Shown here in pieces: positions 8,966 to 19,829 of a stretch of DNA of 64,000 nt; the stretch's first letter is position 1; each line of letters starts with the position of its first letter. The position numbers were made by a program, and so were the translations under genes. The stretch spans positions 34,841 to 98,840 of the IMG/VR virus record IMGVR_UViG_3300045988_151591, one strand, 5' to 3'. The notes below the pieces were generated by a model. The model was not told the DNA's origin. It searched no databases and saw only the letters and a list, made by a program, of their open reading frames with translations. Source of the stretch: a virus.

Positions 8966-11900
8966 ATGGCTACAGCAAAGAAAACTCAAATCGTCATTAC
9001 TGCCAATGCCGCCGTCGCCAAAAAGGTGATGGAGGAGCTTCAGCAGCGCATTGACGGTATAAAACAGAAGATGGCTGCGCTCGACGTGACAACCAAGCAG
9101 GGCCAGCGCGAGTTTAACAAACTGAAGAAAGAATTGGTTTCGTATAACTCGGCCGTAACGCAGAATATCACAAACGAGGAACGGGTAAAACATGCCATTG
9201 ACAATCTAAACACAACTTCTCTCAAGGAGTTGCGCCGTGCGCTCGTCTCAGCAAAAAGCGTACTCGGAAAAACGTTTGCTGACGATCCGGGTTTGAAGAA
9301 AAAACAGCAGGATGTGCGAACCCTGCAAAATCAAATCGATAAACTCACTGGCTCGGTACACAAGCAGGGTGGAGCATGGCAGACAGCGATGAAGAACCTC
9401 ACGGCATACGTCGGATTGTTTGCAGTGTTCAATAAGGCGAAAGAACTTGTGACGGGTGTTATTCAAAAGAATCTCGATATGTCAGACTCTTTGGCGAATA
9501 TTCGCAAGGTCTCAGGCTTACTTCATCAGGATATTGACAAGATGGCGGTATCTTTGTCAAAAATTGATACCAGAACTTCTGTGCAGGAGCTGCAAAACAT
9601 CGCCTATGCTGGAGCTAAATTGGGTATTGGAGAGTATGGACCAGAAGGCTTGGAGTCTTTCGTGAAAGCGGCTAACCAAGTAAACGTGGCATTAAAAGAG
9701 GATTTGGGCGACGAAGCCCTCACTGCGCTGTCTAAGATTACCGAGGTTATGGGTCTTATCCCTAAGATGGGCGTAGAGCAGTCTATGCTTAAAACAGGTA
9801 GTGCCATCTTCAAATTGGCGTCCACTTCTACGGCCACGTCAAATAAGATAATCGATTTCAGTAATCGTCTCCTTGCTATGGGTAAGGTGGGTGCGCTTTC
9901 CACATCTGATATTCTCGCCCTTGGTGCAGCCGTTGACAGTATGGCTATCGAACCAGAAGTGGCAAGTACTGCTTTTACAAAGCTGATTACCGAGATACGT
10001 AAGGGCACATCATCTATCGAGAAGGATTTAGGCCTTGCAAAAGGTTCTTTAAAGTCTTTCCTTGAAGAGGGTAGGGGTATTGAGGCTATACAGACAATCT
10101 TCCATAAGATGCACGAGTCTGGGAATGTCTTTGCCCTGGATAGTCTTTTTAAGGATCTTGGTTCCGACGGCTCCAGACTTATAAAGGTAATGGTGACTAT
10201 GGCCGAGAAAGCTGATATGCTTGATAAAGCCGTATCAACCTCTCGCCAGGCTTTCGATGAAGGTATGGCTGTAACTCAGGAGTATAATATCCAGCAAGAC
10301 ACAGCGAAGGGTATCCTTGAGCGTGCCAACAATATGTGGAATAAATCGTTTGTAAATCCTGATGGTATTAATTCTGTTAAGCAGTTGTCGATGGCCTGGT
10401 ACGATTTGTCCCGCGCCCTGACAACATCCTCCGCTTCACAAAAAGCAGTTTTAGGTACGATAGATTTAATAGTCCTCTCCTTTAAAACGTTGATAGCATT
10501 ACTGCCTACTCTTGTCGGCTTTTTCATTGGAAAAGGTATTGCGATGGCTGCCATTCAACTTGTCAATATCAGCAAGGCTGTGTGGGCTTGGGTGGTTGCG
10601 CAAAAGGCTTTGAATTTGGCAATGTCGGCTAACGTATTCGGATTGGCTATTGGTGTTTTATCTACGCTTTACTCTTATTTTCAAAAGAATGCCAATGCGG
10701 CCCAGGATGCTGCCGATGCTGCCGATCATTTTTCAAAATCGTTAGCTGGAGCTAAATTTGAAGTCGGTCGTGCTACTGTTGAATTGGACGGTTACAAGCG
10801 GGCTATCGATGGTGCTAAAAAAGGAACAAAGGAAAGACAAGCCGCAATCGACCAGTTTAACAACAAATTTGGTTCTTATCTTTCTAAATTGATAACAGAG
10901 AAGTCTACTGCGAAGGATCTTGCAAAAGCTTATAACGAAGCTGCTTCAGCTATAGAACGAAAGGTTATGGCTCAAGCGTTAGAAAAGGATGAGCAACAAC
11001 ATATCGCACCAAAAGCAGGTAGAGAGACTCAACTGAAATACAATTACGACCAGTATGCAAAGAAGATTCGTTTAGGGGAGTATGGTGGCACATGGTTGAA
11101 AGCCATTGCTGATGATAATCTCAAAAAACATGGTTTAAATTATACTATAAGGGAGCTTATTAAGCGAAGTGGCGTTGGCAGTAATTATTCGGCCCAGCGT
11201 AGGAATGCTTTGATTGCTGCTATCATGAACACGAATGGTAGTCCGTCACGTATTTATGATTGGTTGACTACATCTAAAGGTGTATATGGTGAAAAGCACA
11301 TAGACAGAAACAACGCCGAGTTTACGGAACAAGAAAGACTGGTCGCCATGGGTGCCGCTTATCTCCGTCAACGTGCAGCGCGCGAAAAGTCTACGCGTGA
11401 AGTAGTCGAGAAATATGAGGATTATCCATATTTACTCGTTACGGAGAATCCTAACGGTGTTAATACCGGTGATGGTAACGGTAATGGCGGCAACGGTGGT
11501 GGTGGCAAAGGGGGCAGAAATACCGGTTCTGGTGGAAATCCTAACCATGAGGAAAAGAATGTCGCAAAAGACCGCGCCAATGCGCTTATCGCCAACATCA
11601 AGGCTTTCTATGAGGAACAGATGCGCAAATACCTGGAATGGGTGACTCAGATGAACGCCGATGGCGAAAAGATAAGCGAAGGCCAGCAGAAGGAGCAGAT
11701 GGACTATCTGCAATCGCAGATGGAACGTGCTCTTGGTACGGCTCGCCAGTCTATCGCCACTCTTGACAATGGCTGGAAAGAGTTCTATTCCCACATGGAT
11801 GAGAACGTAATGGTTTTCGACGATGAGACTTCTAAGCAACTGCTTGAGTCTATTGGAAAGGCGAATGTTGGTGAACTTCACAAGTTGTTCACAAAACTGT

Positions 11901-13816
11901 CCGGCGACCTCTCTCGCGAAAACAATAAGTCTCTCGCAGAAAACCTCGGCGCATTGCTCGACCAGATATTTGCCAACGGTTCAAAGGAATTGCGTGAGGC
12001 AGCAGAGAAGTTGCTTGCCCGTCAGCGTGAGATACAGAAGATTTTGAATGAGCACGACTATACGGGTGCAGTTGATCGTAATACCCGTAGTGAATTTGAC
12101 CGCTTAGGCTTTCTGCATCCAGCCAAGGATATTCGTGCAGACTCTCCCGAAGGTCTTGAAAAGATGAATACTGCTTTCGATAAGCTGACCACCAAGGCAC
12201 GCGAGTCTATCACCATATTATATAGCCTCAATCCTGAAAGCGAGAAATTTCAGAATCAGTTTCTTCAGTTCCTGTCTGTAGCTAATGATGGCTTCGATTT
12301 TTCAAAACTCACGGCGCAAAATCTCAAGGCTCTCTATCTCGAACTGATAAAGTATAACGACGAATACGAGTCGGCAAGCAAGAAGAGAGATGACGAGCGT
12401 AAGAAGCTGAATGATTACGGGTGGTCTAAAACTGATTATTATAAAGATTACCAAAGTAAGCTGCCTGGAATGGAACAGGAGGCGTCCATTAAGGGTAGCT
12501 ATCGCAATGCCGGTCAGCGTATGGGTATGGAGTCGGTGTCGGCTTCCGATCCAGAACTTGAACTGATGAAGGCTCGCATGGAGTTTGCACAGCAGTATTA
12601 CGCATTCCTCGAAGAGCACAACGCCACCGAGCAGCACCTTGCTGATGCCAGAAAGAGTATTATGTCAGCACAGGCCAACTATGCTCAAAAGCTCACGGGA
12701 GATATGTTCGAGCAGTACAATTCACTCCTTGCCTTCATGGGACCGTTGCAAACCTTTGGCGAGTCGGTGGGCGAAGCTTTCGCTACTATGACCCAAAGCG
12801 CTTCCGAAGGACGCAAGGCATTGAAAACAGCCTTTAAGCAGATGATAAAATCGTTTGCCACCAACTCCCTTCAGATGATCAGTCAACAGCAGATAGACCG
12901 TGCGCAGACCACGGCACACTATACGCAGTTGCTCCTCATGCAGCAGGCATTTGGTACAGCAAAGGTGCAGGGAGAGGTCGCCACTGGTACGGCAATGATT
13001 GGTGCGCAGCAAGCAACTAATTTGACCCAGGAACAGCTCGAAGGTGTTCACCAGCAAGTGATGGCAGCCCTTCGCTCGGCAGGCATCTTTGGATGGTGCG
13101 TCAGCACTCTTGGTCCTATTGCCGGTCCTATTGCTTATGGTGCAATGATGTCAATCCTCATGGGCTTGCTCAGTTTTGCTATCAGCAAGATAGGAGGCGA
13201 CAGTTCTAAAAATGCGACTGTCAAGGGTCAGAATACAAAGCTCGTTACAGGTATGCTCACCTACGACAGTGGTAACGTGCAAGACCTGAAACCTTTCGTC
13301 GGCAATGACGGTAGTCTCTATTGGGCAACCGAGGACGACAAACCGCACAACGGTGTGTCGCTCCTCACTCAGCCTACCGCCACTACCATCAACGGGCAAC
13401 CGTCCTTAGTAGCCGAGAATGGTCCTGAGTTAGTAATCGGTCGTGAAACCACGCAAGCCATGATGATGAACAATCCGGCACTCCTCAAGGCTCTCGTCAA
13501 CTACGACAGCAACTATTCAGGCAGACGTGCAGCAAGACGCGCATTTGACAATGGTAATGTCGGCGAGCTTGCGAGCGCAATGGGGGACGCAGCAGCGGGC
13601 TTTACAGCAGAAAATGGTAATCTTCTGTTGGGCGCACCAGCGGCCAACAATGTAATCGCTAACAACACAGCCAGCCAAGCCGCTCTCATGCAAGCCGTCA
13701 AGACCCTCCTCGACAGACTGAATGAGCCTATCTACGCAAAGATAGACATGTATGGCCGTGGCAATCTTTACGACAGTATGACGAAGGCCAATCAGTTTAT
13801 GAAAGGCAAGGGCTAA
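8966..13816 (+). CDS. tail tape-measure protein-like (1616 aa)
   Basis: Very long, coiled-coil-rich protein. Internal hydrophobic segments. Gly-rich 'GNGNGGNGGGGKGG' stretch. Confidence 0.6.
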   Translation: MATAKKTQIVITANAAVAKKVMEELQQRIDGIKQKMAALDVTTKQGQREFNKLKKELVSYNSAVTQNITNEERVKHAIDNLNTTSLKELRRALVSAKSVLGKTFADDPGLKKKQQDVRTLQNQIDKLTGSVHKQGGAWQTAMKNLTAYVGLFAVFNKAKELVTGVIQKNLDMSDSLANIRKVSGLLHQDIDKMAVSLSKIDTRTSVQELQNIAYAGAKLGIGEYGPEGLESFVKAANQVNVALKEDLGDEALTALSKITEVMGLIPKMGVEQSMLKTGSAIFKLASTSTATSNKIIDFSNRLLAMGKVGALSTSDILALGAAVDSMAIEPEVASTAFTKLITEIRKGTSSIEKDLGLAKGSLKSFLEEGRGIEAIQTIFHKMHESGNVFALDSLFKDLGSDGSRLIKVMVTMAEKADMLDKAVSTSRQAFDEGMAVTQEYNIQQDTAKGILERANNMWNKSFVNPDGINSVKQLSMAWYDLSRALTTSSASQKAVLGTIDLIVLSFKTLIALLPTLVGFFIGKGIAMAAIQLVNISKAVWAWVVAQKALNLAMSANVFGLAIGVLSTLYSYFQKNANAAQDAADAADHFSKSLAGAKFEVGRATVELDGYKRAIDGAKKGTKERQAAIDQFNNKFGSYLSKLITEKSTAKDLAKAYNEAASAIERKVMAQALEKDEQQHIAPKAGRETQLKYNYDQYAKKIRLGEYGGTWLKAIADDNLKKHGLNYTIRELIKRSGVGSNYSAQRRNALIAAIMNTNGSPSRIYDWLTTSKGVYGEKHIDRNNAEFTEQERLVAMGAAYLRQRAAREKSTREVVEKYEDYPYLLVTENPNGVNTGDGNGNGGNGGGGKGGRNTGSGGNPNHEEKNVAKDRANALIANIKAFYEEQMRKYLEWVTQMNADGEKISEGQQKEQMDYLQSQMERALGTARQSIATLDNGWKEFYSHMDENVMVFDDETSKQLLESIGKANVGELHKLFTKLSGDLSRENNKSLAENLGALLDQIFANGSKELREAAEKLLARQREIQKILNEHDYTGAVDRNTRSEFDRLGFLHPAKDIRADSPEGLEKMNTAFDKLTTKARESITILYSLNPESEKFQNQFLQFLSVANDGFDFSKLTAQNLKALYLELIKYNDEYESASKKRDDERKKLNDYGWSKTDYYKDYQSKLPGMEQEASIKGSYRNAGQRMGMESVSASDPELELMKARMEFAQQYYAFLEEHNATEQHLADARKSIMSAQANYAQKLTGDMFEQYNSLLAFMGPLQTFGESVGEAFATMTQSASEGRKALKTAFKQMIKSFATNSLQMISQQQIDRAQTTAHYTQLLLMQQAFGTAKVQGEVATGTAMIGAQQATNLTQEQLEGVHQQVMAALRSAGIFGWCVSTLGPIAGPIAYGAMMSILMGLLSFAISKIGGDSSKNATVKGQNTKLVTGMLTYDSGNVQDLKPFVGNDGSLYWATEDDKPHNGVSLLTQPTATTINGQPSLVAENGPELVIGRETTQAMMMNNPALLKALVNYDSNYSGRRAARRAFDNGNVGELASAMGDAAAGFTAENGNLLLGAPAANNVIANNTASQAALMQAVKTLLDRLNEPIYAKIDMYGRGNLYDSMTKANQFMKGKG

Positions 13817-13867
13817 ATTTACGAATTTTATTTTCTTTATCTTATTTATTAGTTAGTATTTTCTGAT

Positions 13868-13905
13868 GAGACCGCTCCGTTGTGAAACGTGGCGGTCTTT
13901 TTCTT
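13868..13905 (+). terminator. intrinsic terminator
   Basis: 'gagaccgc...gcggtcttttt' hairpin plus T-run, 50 bp after the TMP stop. Confidence 0.6.
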
Positions 13906-13960
13906 TCGTTGTGAGGTATGAACGACCATCAAAAGATACTCTGTACGAAATCCGAATAAT

Positions 13961-14075
13961 CTGGTCGCATTTCGTAAAAATGAATGTGACAGGGTAGGGT
14001 AGTGGTATAACTGACTCATTTATTGGGACTTTATTCGTATTTTTGGTCGCATTTCGGGGTCTTGGTCGCATTTTT
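13961..14075. repeat. iteron-like repeats TGGTCGCATTT (3 copies)
   Basis: Copies at ~13961, ~14043 and ~14061, inside an ~900-bp AT-rich non-coding region upstream of the primase gene. Confidence 0.55.
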
Positions 14076-14710
14076 CATGAATCCTAAGCATACTATATCA
14101 GAATTTTGGGTAATTTTTTTATTCTCCTAAAATCAAAAGCCCCTAACCCCAATTTAGAAGTTAGTAGCATTAACGGCTTTGCCGTAAACATCAGACAATA
14201 AGTTACTTACAAGATTGAGATGGGGCAAAGCATAAGACGGAATTGAGCCAATTTTGCTGTATTTTATATCTTTTAGATAAATATTTTATTTCTTATGCGC
14301 ATATTAGTTTATAAAAATAATAATCATTTTGAGACCAAAATAATATAAAAAGCTAATTATTAAGCAAGTAACAGCAAGAAAAAAGTGGGCAACAGGGTGA
14401 TAATCGTGGGACAATCATGGGACTAAAATGGAGAAAAATATGATGAGTGGACTTTTGCTTTTTGGCTCATTTTTGAAAAATGGGACTTTTTGATACAGAA
14501 ATGAGACCAGAGTCTTCATTTTGGTCTCATTTTATTTTATTCTCCTTCTCGTAACTCAAAAATACCTGTTATTACGTGAAACAACTGAGATGTTTCGATT
14601 AAATTTCTTTTAATATATCTTAAATATTCAGGAAAACATCCCAGGTATTTTGTTGTCTTGATTTTATTTCTTAATTTTGCAACGAAAGTACTAAGTATAA
14701 TAACTAAGAT

Positions 14711-15796
14711 ATGTTTGACGAAGTTTGCTCTATTTATGAGTCTGCCCAAGATGCTTATGGTCGTTTCGTAGACCGCGAGACGGGTGAGTGCATTCAGCAG
14801 ATGACTATCCGCGAGTTCTGTCTTACGGACAGATGGAAGCCGTATGTTCAGCGCCTTCGTGCTATGCGTCAGGAATTTGGCAGCAAGGCAAAGAAGATGC
14901 CCGAGTACATCGATACCAAGAAGCATTTGCCTGGAGCAACTCTTAGCGGCTTGTTCGCCCTCTATGAGGATGACAGTCTGACCCATCCAGGGCAGCGTGT
15001 CATGGTTAGCCGACGAGAGAGCCACCTGAAACAGCACACGGGCTGGCTCGCCATCGACATTGATCTGCAGGACAATCTTCAGATAACTGATTTTGAAAGT
15101 ATATTTAAGCTTGCCCGTTTTCGTCCTGAGATAGGATTAATGATGCGGTCTTGCTCTGGTACTGGTTATTTCGGTCTGGTTCGTCTGGCCTATCCCGAAA
15201 GACACAAAGACCAGTTCAAAGCTCTGCTCAAAGAATATGCCGCTATTGGCATCATGCTCGACAAGGCTTGCAGCAACATCGGACGTGTGCGCTTCGCCTC
15301 ATGGGATGATCCCGAACATATATATATCAATGAAAATGTGGTGCCGTATAAGGGACTGGAAGATATGGCTGTGTTGCCATCGCTAATTCCTGTAACTAAA
15401 GTCGCTACGCATTACGAAAATACGTCGTCAGGTCAGAGGTCGGGTTATACTGGTGATTGGGAGAATGATACACCCGACATCATCTTGCGCAAAGCTCGTG
15501 TTCTTGTATGCAAGGTAGAGCAGAATGCTGTTGACATTATGGAAAACTATGATGACTGGGTTAAATGCGGAATGTCTTTATACAGTATCGATCCGCATGA
15601 AGGCTATGATATGTGGAAGCGAGTTTCTCGTTTCCGTCCCTTTGATGCCAACCACGGACACCGTGAATCAGACTTTGTGGCTCCTTGGAAATCATTCGGA
15701 AAATACGACAGAGTAAGAGCAAATACTTTTTTCATGTTTTGCAAAAGAGCCAAGGTAACACTTTCGAGGGAGGATATGCAGGAAATCTATGGCTAA
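14711..15796 (+). CDS. primase-polymerase (AEP-type) with PriCT-1-like C-terminal domain
   Basis: AEP motif I 'GWLAIDIDLQD'. 'SCSGTGYFGLV' and 'RVRFASWDD' motifs. C-terminal 'DWVKCGMSLYSI' PriCT-like segment. Confidence 0.6.
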   Translation: MFDEVCSIYESAQDAYGRFVDRETGECIQQMTIREFCLTDRWKPYVQRLRAMRQEFGSKAKKMPEYIDTKKHLPGATLSGLFALYEDDSLTHPGQRVMVSRRESHLKQHTGWLAIDIDLQDNLQITDFESIFKLARFRPEIGLMMRSCSGTGYFGLVRLAYPERHKDQFKALLKEYAAIGIMLDKACSNIGRVRFASWDDPEHIYINENVVPYKGLEDMAVLPSLIPVTKVATHYENTSSGQRSGYTGDWENDTPDIILRKARVLVCKVEQNAVDIMENYDDWVKCGMSLYSIDPHEGYDMWKRVSRFRPFDANHGHRESDFVAPWKSFGKYDRVRANTFFMFCKRAKVTLSREDMQEIYG

Positions 15797-15911
15797 AGGG
15801 TCGTAATCACAAAAAACATTTTTTTCACAAGTGTTAAATCGAAAACTCAAAAAATGGCAAAAAAGCCCTGATTTTCGCAAAAAGTGAAGCCTATGCGTAT
15901 TTACTTCATGT

Positions 15912-15945
15912 CTACTGATTGTTTACTGATTGTTTACTGATTGCT
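15912..15945. repeat. 3x tandem TACTGATTGTT
   Basis: 'ctactgattgtttactgattgtttactgattgctc' directly upstream of 15974. Confidence 0.5.
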
Positions 15946-15973
15946 CAAATGTTAAAATTCAAACAAAAAATAT

Positions 15974-16480
15974 ATGAAACTGATAACAATTACTGGTCCG
16001 AGTGGCGCAGGAAAGGACACTGTGGCTCAGATGCTGTCCGACTTGGGCGGCTATAAAGTGATATGTTCTTATACCACACGTCCGAAGCGCGAAGGCGAGA
16101 TTGACGGTTGGCAGCATTATTTTGTAGAGAAGTGCGACGTACCGCACGATAAGATGTTGGCATACACCCAGTATGGCGGCTATGAGTATTGGACCACCAT
16201 CGACCAGGTGACGGACAAGGCTATTTACGTGATTGACGAGGACGGACTGAAAGCCTTGTGTGAGAAATTCCCCGACATCGAGCTATTCAAGATTTGTGTG
16301 ACGGCATGGGAAGCAACTCGACTGCGCCGAGGGGTGTCGCAGGAACGCTTAGACCGCGATCAACAGCGCAATCTTCTGTCCTTGTTCTTCTACGATGCAG
16401 TAATCTTTAATAACGGCTCGCTCGAAAGTTTGTGCGACAAGGTGAAGCGACGAGTTTTGTGTAAACTTCGGGAAATATGA
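15974..16480 (+). CDS. guanylate kinase-like nucleoside monophosphate kinase
   Basis: P-loop 'GPSGAGKDT'. 'YTTRPKREGEIDGWQHYFV' matches the guanylate-kinase TTRxPRxGExDGxDYxFV signature. Confidence 0.75.
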   Translation: MKLITITGPSGAGKDTVAQMLSDLGGYKVICSYTTRPKREGEIDGWQHYFVEKCDVPHDKMLAYTQYGGYEYWTTIDQVTDKAIYVIDEDGLKALCEKFPDIELFKICVTAWEATRLRRGVSQERLDRDQQRNLLSLFFYDAVIFNNGSLESLCDKVKRRVLCKLREI

Positions 16481-16522
16481 GAATGCACTATTTTTTAAAT
16501 AACAAATTAAAATTCATCCATA

Positions 16523-17419
16523 ATGAAATTCATCGAACCACAAGTAGAATGGTGGCAGCAGACTACTCTTGCACAACATATAGCAAGAGTGGGCAGAATA
16601 TGCTACAAGGCAAAGGGCAAGCAGCCCGAAGAAGGAATGACCGAAGAGGAAGTGAAAACTTTCATCCAGAAGCGCGACGAGGAACGTTGCAGAGGCTTCT
16701 GGAAAAGCGGACATCGCTCGATGCTTCGCCACGGCACAGTCTATTTCTTTATGCCCAACGAAAGGGGTCTTCCTAACCACATCTGGGCATATCTGGAGGC
16801 ATCGCCTTACATCAACTATGCCACCAAGAATCATAAGGTATGGTTCAGTACCAATACTCAGTTTGCGCTTGAGCACGAGGACATGATGAATGCGCTTAGT
16901 CAGTATGGTGTCAGCGAAGACGAGTTTATCGAGAAGGCACTGAAGTACGAGTGTGAGGAGGCATTCTCTATTATCCGCATGACGATGGTAGTAACCACGC
17001 AGATAAGTACATCGCGTGAGCTCAACCGCACGTCGCCCAACAGCATCGCCGAGCAGAGCACACGCTATTGCAATTTAGAAAAAAAAGGAGGCGTACAGAT
17101 AGCACGTCCGCATTGGCACGAAGAAGGCAGTCGATGGCAGCGCTTTGTGTATGGCCTTGTATGTCGAGTGTGTGAGTGGGGCTACAACCGACTTCTGAAG
17201 TCCGGCTTGAAGCCGCAGGACGCACGAGGTGTTCTGCCTCTCGACACCTATACCGTTGTGGCATATACATACACGCTTTCCGACTGGAGCCATATTCTTG
17301 ACCTTCGCTTCCATGGCAAGACGGGCACGCCGCATCCCAATGCAAAGATGATTGGCGAGAAAATACGCAACATCATCATCGAGCGTATGCGCCAGTATTG
17401 TGATGAGTTTGACATTTAA
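16523..17419 (+). CDS. ThyX-family (flavin-dependent thymidylate synthase-like) protein, divergent
   Basis: C-terminal 'ARGVLPLDTYTVVAYTYTLSDWSHILDLR...' matches the ThyX ARxVLPL...R block. The canonical RHRxxSxxExSxRY motif is degraded to 'SRELNRTSPNSIAEQSTRY'. Confidence 0.65.
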   Translation: MKFIEPQVEWWQQTTLAQHIARVGRICYKAKGKQPEEGMTEEEVKTFIQKRDEERCRGFWKSGHRSMLRHGTVYFFMPNERGLPNHIWAYLEASPYINYATKNHKVWFSTNTQFALEHEDMMNALSQYGVSEDEFIEKALKYECEEAFSIIRMTMVVTTQISTSRELNRTSPNSIAEQSTRYCNLEKKGGVQIARPHWHEEGSRWQRFVYGLVCRVCEWGYNRLLKSGLKPQDARGVLPLDTYTVVAYTYTLSDWSHILDLRFHGKTGTPHPNAKMIGEKIRNIIIERMRQYCDEFDI

Positions 17420-17509
17420 TCATCAATATAAACATATATATATATCATGGCTAAAGATGCGTCTTCGTTTGGGCGTTAATGGACGTTATGATAAATAGTA
17501 GATTTTAAT

Positions 17510-18487
17510 ATGGGCAAAAGCAAAAAGCAACAAGAGGCAAAGCGCATAGATGCCATCTATGCGCAGCCTACCATTTATTACATTAACTTCAAAGATGTAC
17601 CTTTGGAGAAATATACCGAGTCGCTTGACCTACTCTTTCGTGATCCTGACTTTAATGAGTTGATGACGAAACGCAATAACCTCGCGAAGGTGGCAAGTAG
17701 GTTGAAGCAAGGTTCTTCAGAGATTCAAAATTTGGTGAAGCAGATACAGAAGCGCGATTTAGAGCTGGCTTATACGATGTATTCCTCCGTTGTGTTGGCG
17801 AATGTTCGTTCTAACGTTACCTTCGACTTTTTCTCCTTTGGTACTCTACTGAGATATTTTGTAGATTATTCTCAGGATGGTATGCAAGAGAAGGTAGATA
17901 CATTGTCACTCAACCTTGATAAGGTAGCGTTTCTTTCCGACATGCTGGAATGCGTCGTGAAGGATGTCAGGTCGAATATGTATGCAGTCTTCGGCAATAC
18001 TACTGAGTTCCATCAGTTCGACGGTGTTATCAAAATGATACAGCAACTTCGTGGCTTTTATCAGTCTGTTATTGGTAAGGATGACAACACTCCTAAAGCA
18101 CAGCTGTATTTTGAATATTCTGACAGTATCGACGATTACCTCAGCAAACGTTTGACTACCTACAGCAAGAAGCTTCGTAAACTGACACCCATGTTGCCAG
18201 TTTATACTGCAGAGCAGATGGTAGAAGCCATTAACCTGTTTTTTTACAATGAAACCCATTTTGATAAGGAATTTATCAAGCATACGGAAAGTGGAGGAAC
18301 GTATATAGATGCTTTATCGCTCGTCAAAGTTTTATCGCCCAGTCAGACAGAAAGGCTCGACAAGGTGATGAAAGAGGCGGGATGTACTGTCACAGCGGAT
18401 AAAGATCCAGCCAACTATTGCTTTAGAGTAACAGATATTATCCTGTTGTACTACCATAGAAGTAAAGGTAAAAAAGTAAAAAGGTAA
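17510..18487 (+). CDS. hypothetical protein (325 aa)
   Basis: ORF with a Lys-rich C-terminus. Confidence 0.5.
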   Translation: MGKSKKQQEAKRIDAIYAQPTIYYINFKDVPLEKYTESLDLLFRDPDFNELMTKRNNLAKVASRLKQGSSEIQNLVKQIQKRDLELAYTMYSSVVLANVRSNVTFDFFSFGTLLRYFVDYSQDGMQEKVDTLSLNLDKVAFLSDMLECVVKDVRSNMYAVFGNTTEFHQFDGVIKMIQQLRGFYQSVIGKDDNTPKAQLYFEYSDSIDDYLSKRLTTYSKKLRKLTPMLPVYTAEQMVEAINLFFYNETHFDKEFIKHTESGGTYIDALSLVKVLSPSQTERLDKVMKEAGCTVTADKDPANYCFRVTDIILLYYHRSKGKKVKR

Positions 18488-18536
18488 AAAAAGACCCTCT
18501 TGCCAATCTGAATGTAAAAAGTAAACATTTTTTAAG

Positions 18537-19268
18537 ATGCCAAATATCTATCTTCGGCTTCCGTTGAGTCGGTGCCAGTTTATCAGGAATCGAGACCCTA
18601 ACCACGTATTGTCCAAGTGTGATCCTCTGGTCTTTAACAGTTATATGCCGGAGCATTTCATTCTGCGCAATTCACTGACCCCGGCTGTGGCTAATTGTAA
18701 GCAAATCAATATGACTTGTTTTTCGCAACAGCAGTGGCGAAACATGATGCAAGGCAGACATCCTTTAGGTGGAAGTATTGTCATCAAGAGAGATGTTCAC
18801 CAATATCTTTCTTATGGCGAAGTTCAATACTTGAACGGTAAACTTGATTACGCTAAAACCAACAATGAAGATTATCTTTGCATTAAACTTCCGAATGAGG
18901 TGGAGATGGTAGATGTAGTCAAGTCGGTTACTCCTTCCTGGACGATTGATACCCATGGTGTGCGTCGCCTGCTTACATCCATAAACAATGACTTCAAGCG
19001 AAGCATTGTGGAGTGGTCGCTTTCTACTTTCGATTATTGCACGTCAAAAGGCCGTCTGATAGCTCGTTCCAGGGCTGCTGCGCTGGAGCGATACTTAATG
19101 AGATATGGCATAGAACCGACAACCGAAGAAAAGGATAATCTTCGCCGCATCGTCAACCGCTGGTTGAGTACCGAACACGCCAATTATAAGTCGTTTTCGT
19201 GTTTCGATATGCAGTATGGCGACGCAAAAGAAAGCTGTATGCACATTGACGAGATACAATGGCTATAA
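18537..19268 (+). CDS. hypothetical protein (243 aa)
   Basis: ORF preceded by a copy of the GTAAAAAGGTAAAAA element. Confidence 0.45.
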   Translation: MPNIYLRLPLSRCQFIRNRDPNHVLSKCDPLVFNSYMPEHFILRNSLTPAVANCKQINMTCFSQQQWRNMMQGRHPLGGSIVIKRDVHQYLSYGEVQYLNGKLDYAKTNNEDYLCIKLPNEVEMVDVVKSVTPSWTIDTHGVRRLLTSINNDFKRSIVEWSLSTFDYCTSKGRLIARSRAAALERYLMRYGIEPTTEEKDNLRRIVNRWLSTEHANYKSFSCFDMQYGDAKESCMHIDEIQWL

Positions 19269-19340
19269 ATACCGCCTTTAAAAATGTGTTAATAAGAAAA
19301 GTAAAATAAGTTAAAAGTTTAATTATAATATTCGATATAT

Positions 19341-19829
19341 ATGTTTGTACCAGATAATTGTAGGGAGACGTTTCTCGATGGCGTAACCGACGTTTACTTT
19401 CATGATGTGGAACATTCCTCTATCCCTGTTCCGCCATTTGTCGCTCAGATTATGCAGATAAACAACTGCAATTTTTCCGAGCCAGCGCTGCATATCGCCA
19501 TGTCTGAAGGAGAACATACGGTATTGGCAAGCAGCATTACAGCAAAAGAAACTCCATCGCAAGGTGGAAACGGAACTGTTTATACCTTTGAGGTGAGTGT
19601 AAATGTGTTGACTGGTGGTAATCTTGTATGCGAAGCGTCTAAACTAATGAAGGGTAAGGACTATTATATAGTACTTCGTAGGCGAGACGAATCGTTTTGG
19701 CTCTGTTATACGCTTGCTCATACTTTCCGACTTGCCACATCTTCGACTGCTACAAACAGTTCGGAGTCGAGAACCATAACAGCCACTTGTAAAGCAATGT
19801 CCGATTTTATTCCTATTCAGTTGGAATAA
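19341..19829 (+). CDS. hypothetical protein (162 aa)
   Basis: ORF. Confidence 0.4.
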   Translation: MFVPDNCRETFLDGVTDVYFHDVEHSSIPVPPFVAQIMQINNCNFSEPALHIAMSEGEHTVLASSITAKETPSQGGNGTVYTFEVSVNVLTGGNLVCEASKLMKGKDYYIVLRRRDESFWLCYTLAHTFRLATSSTATNSSESRTITATCKAMSDFIPIQLE

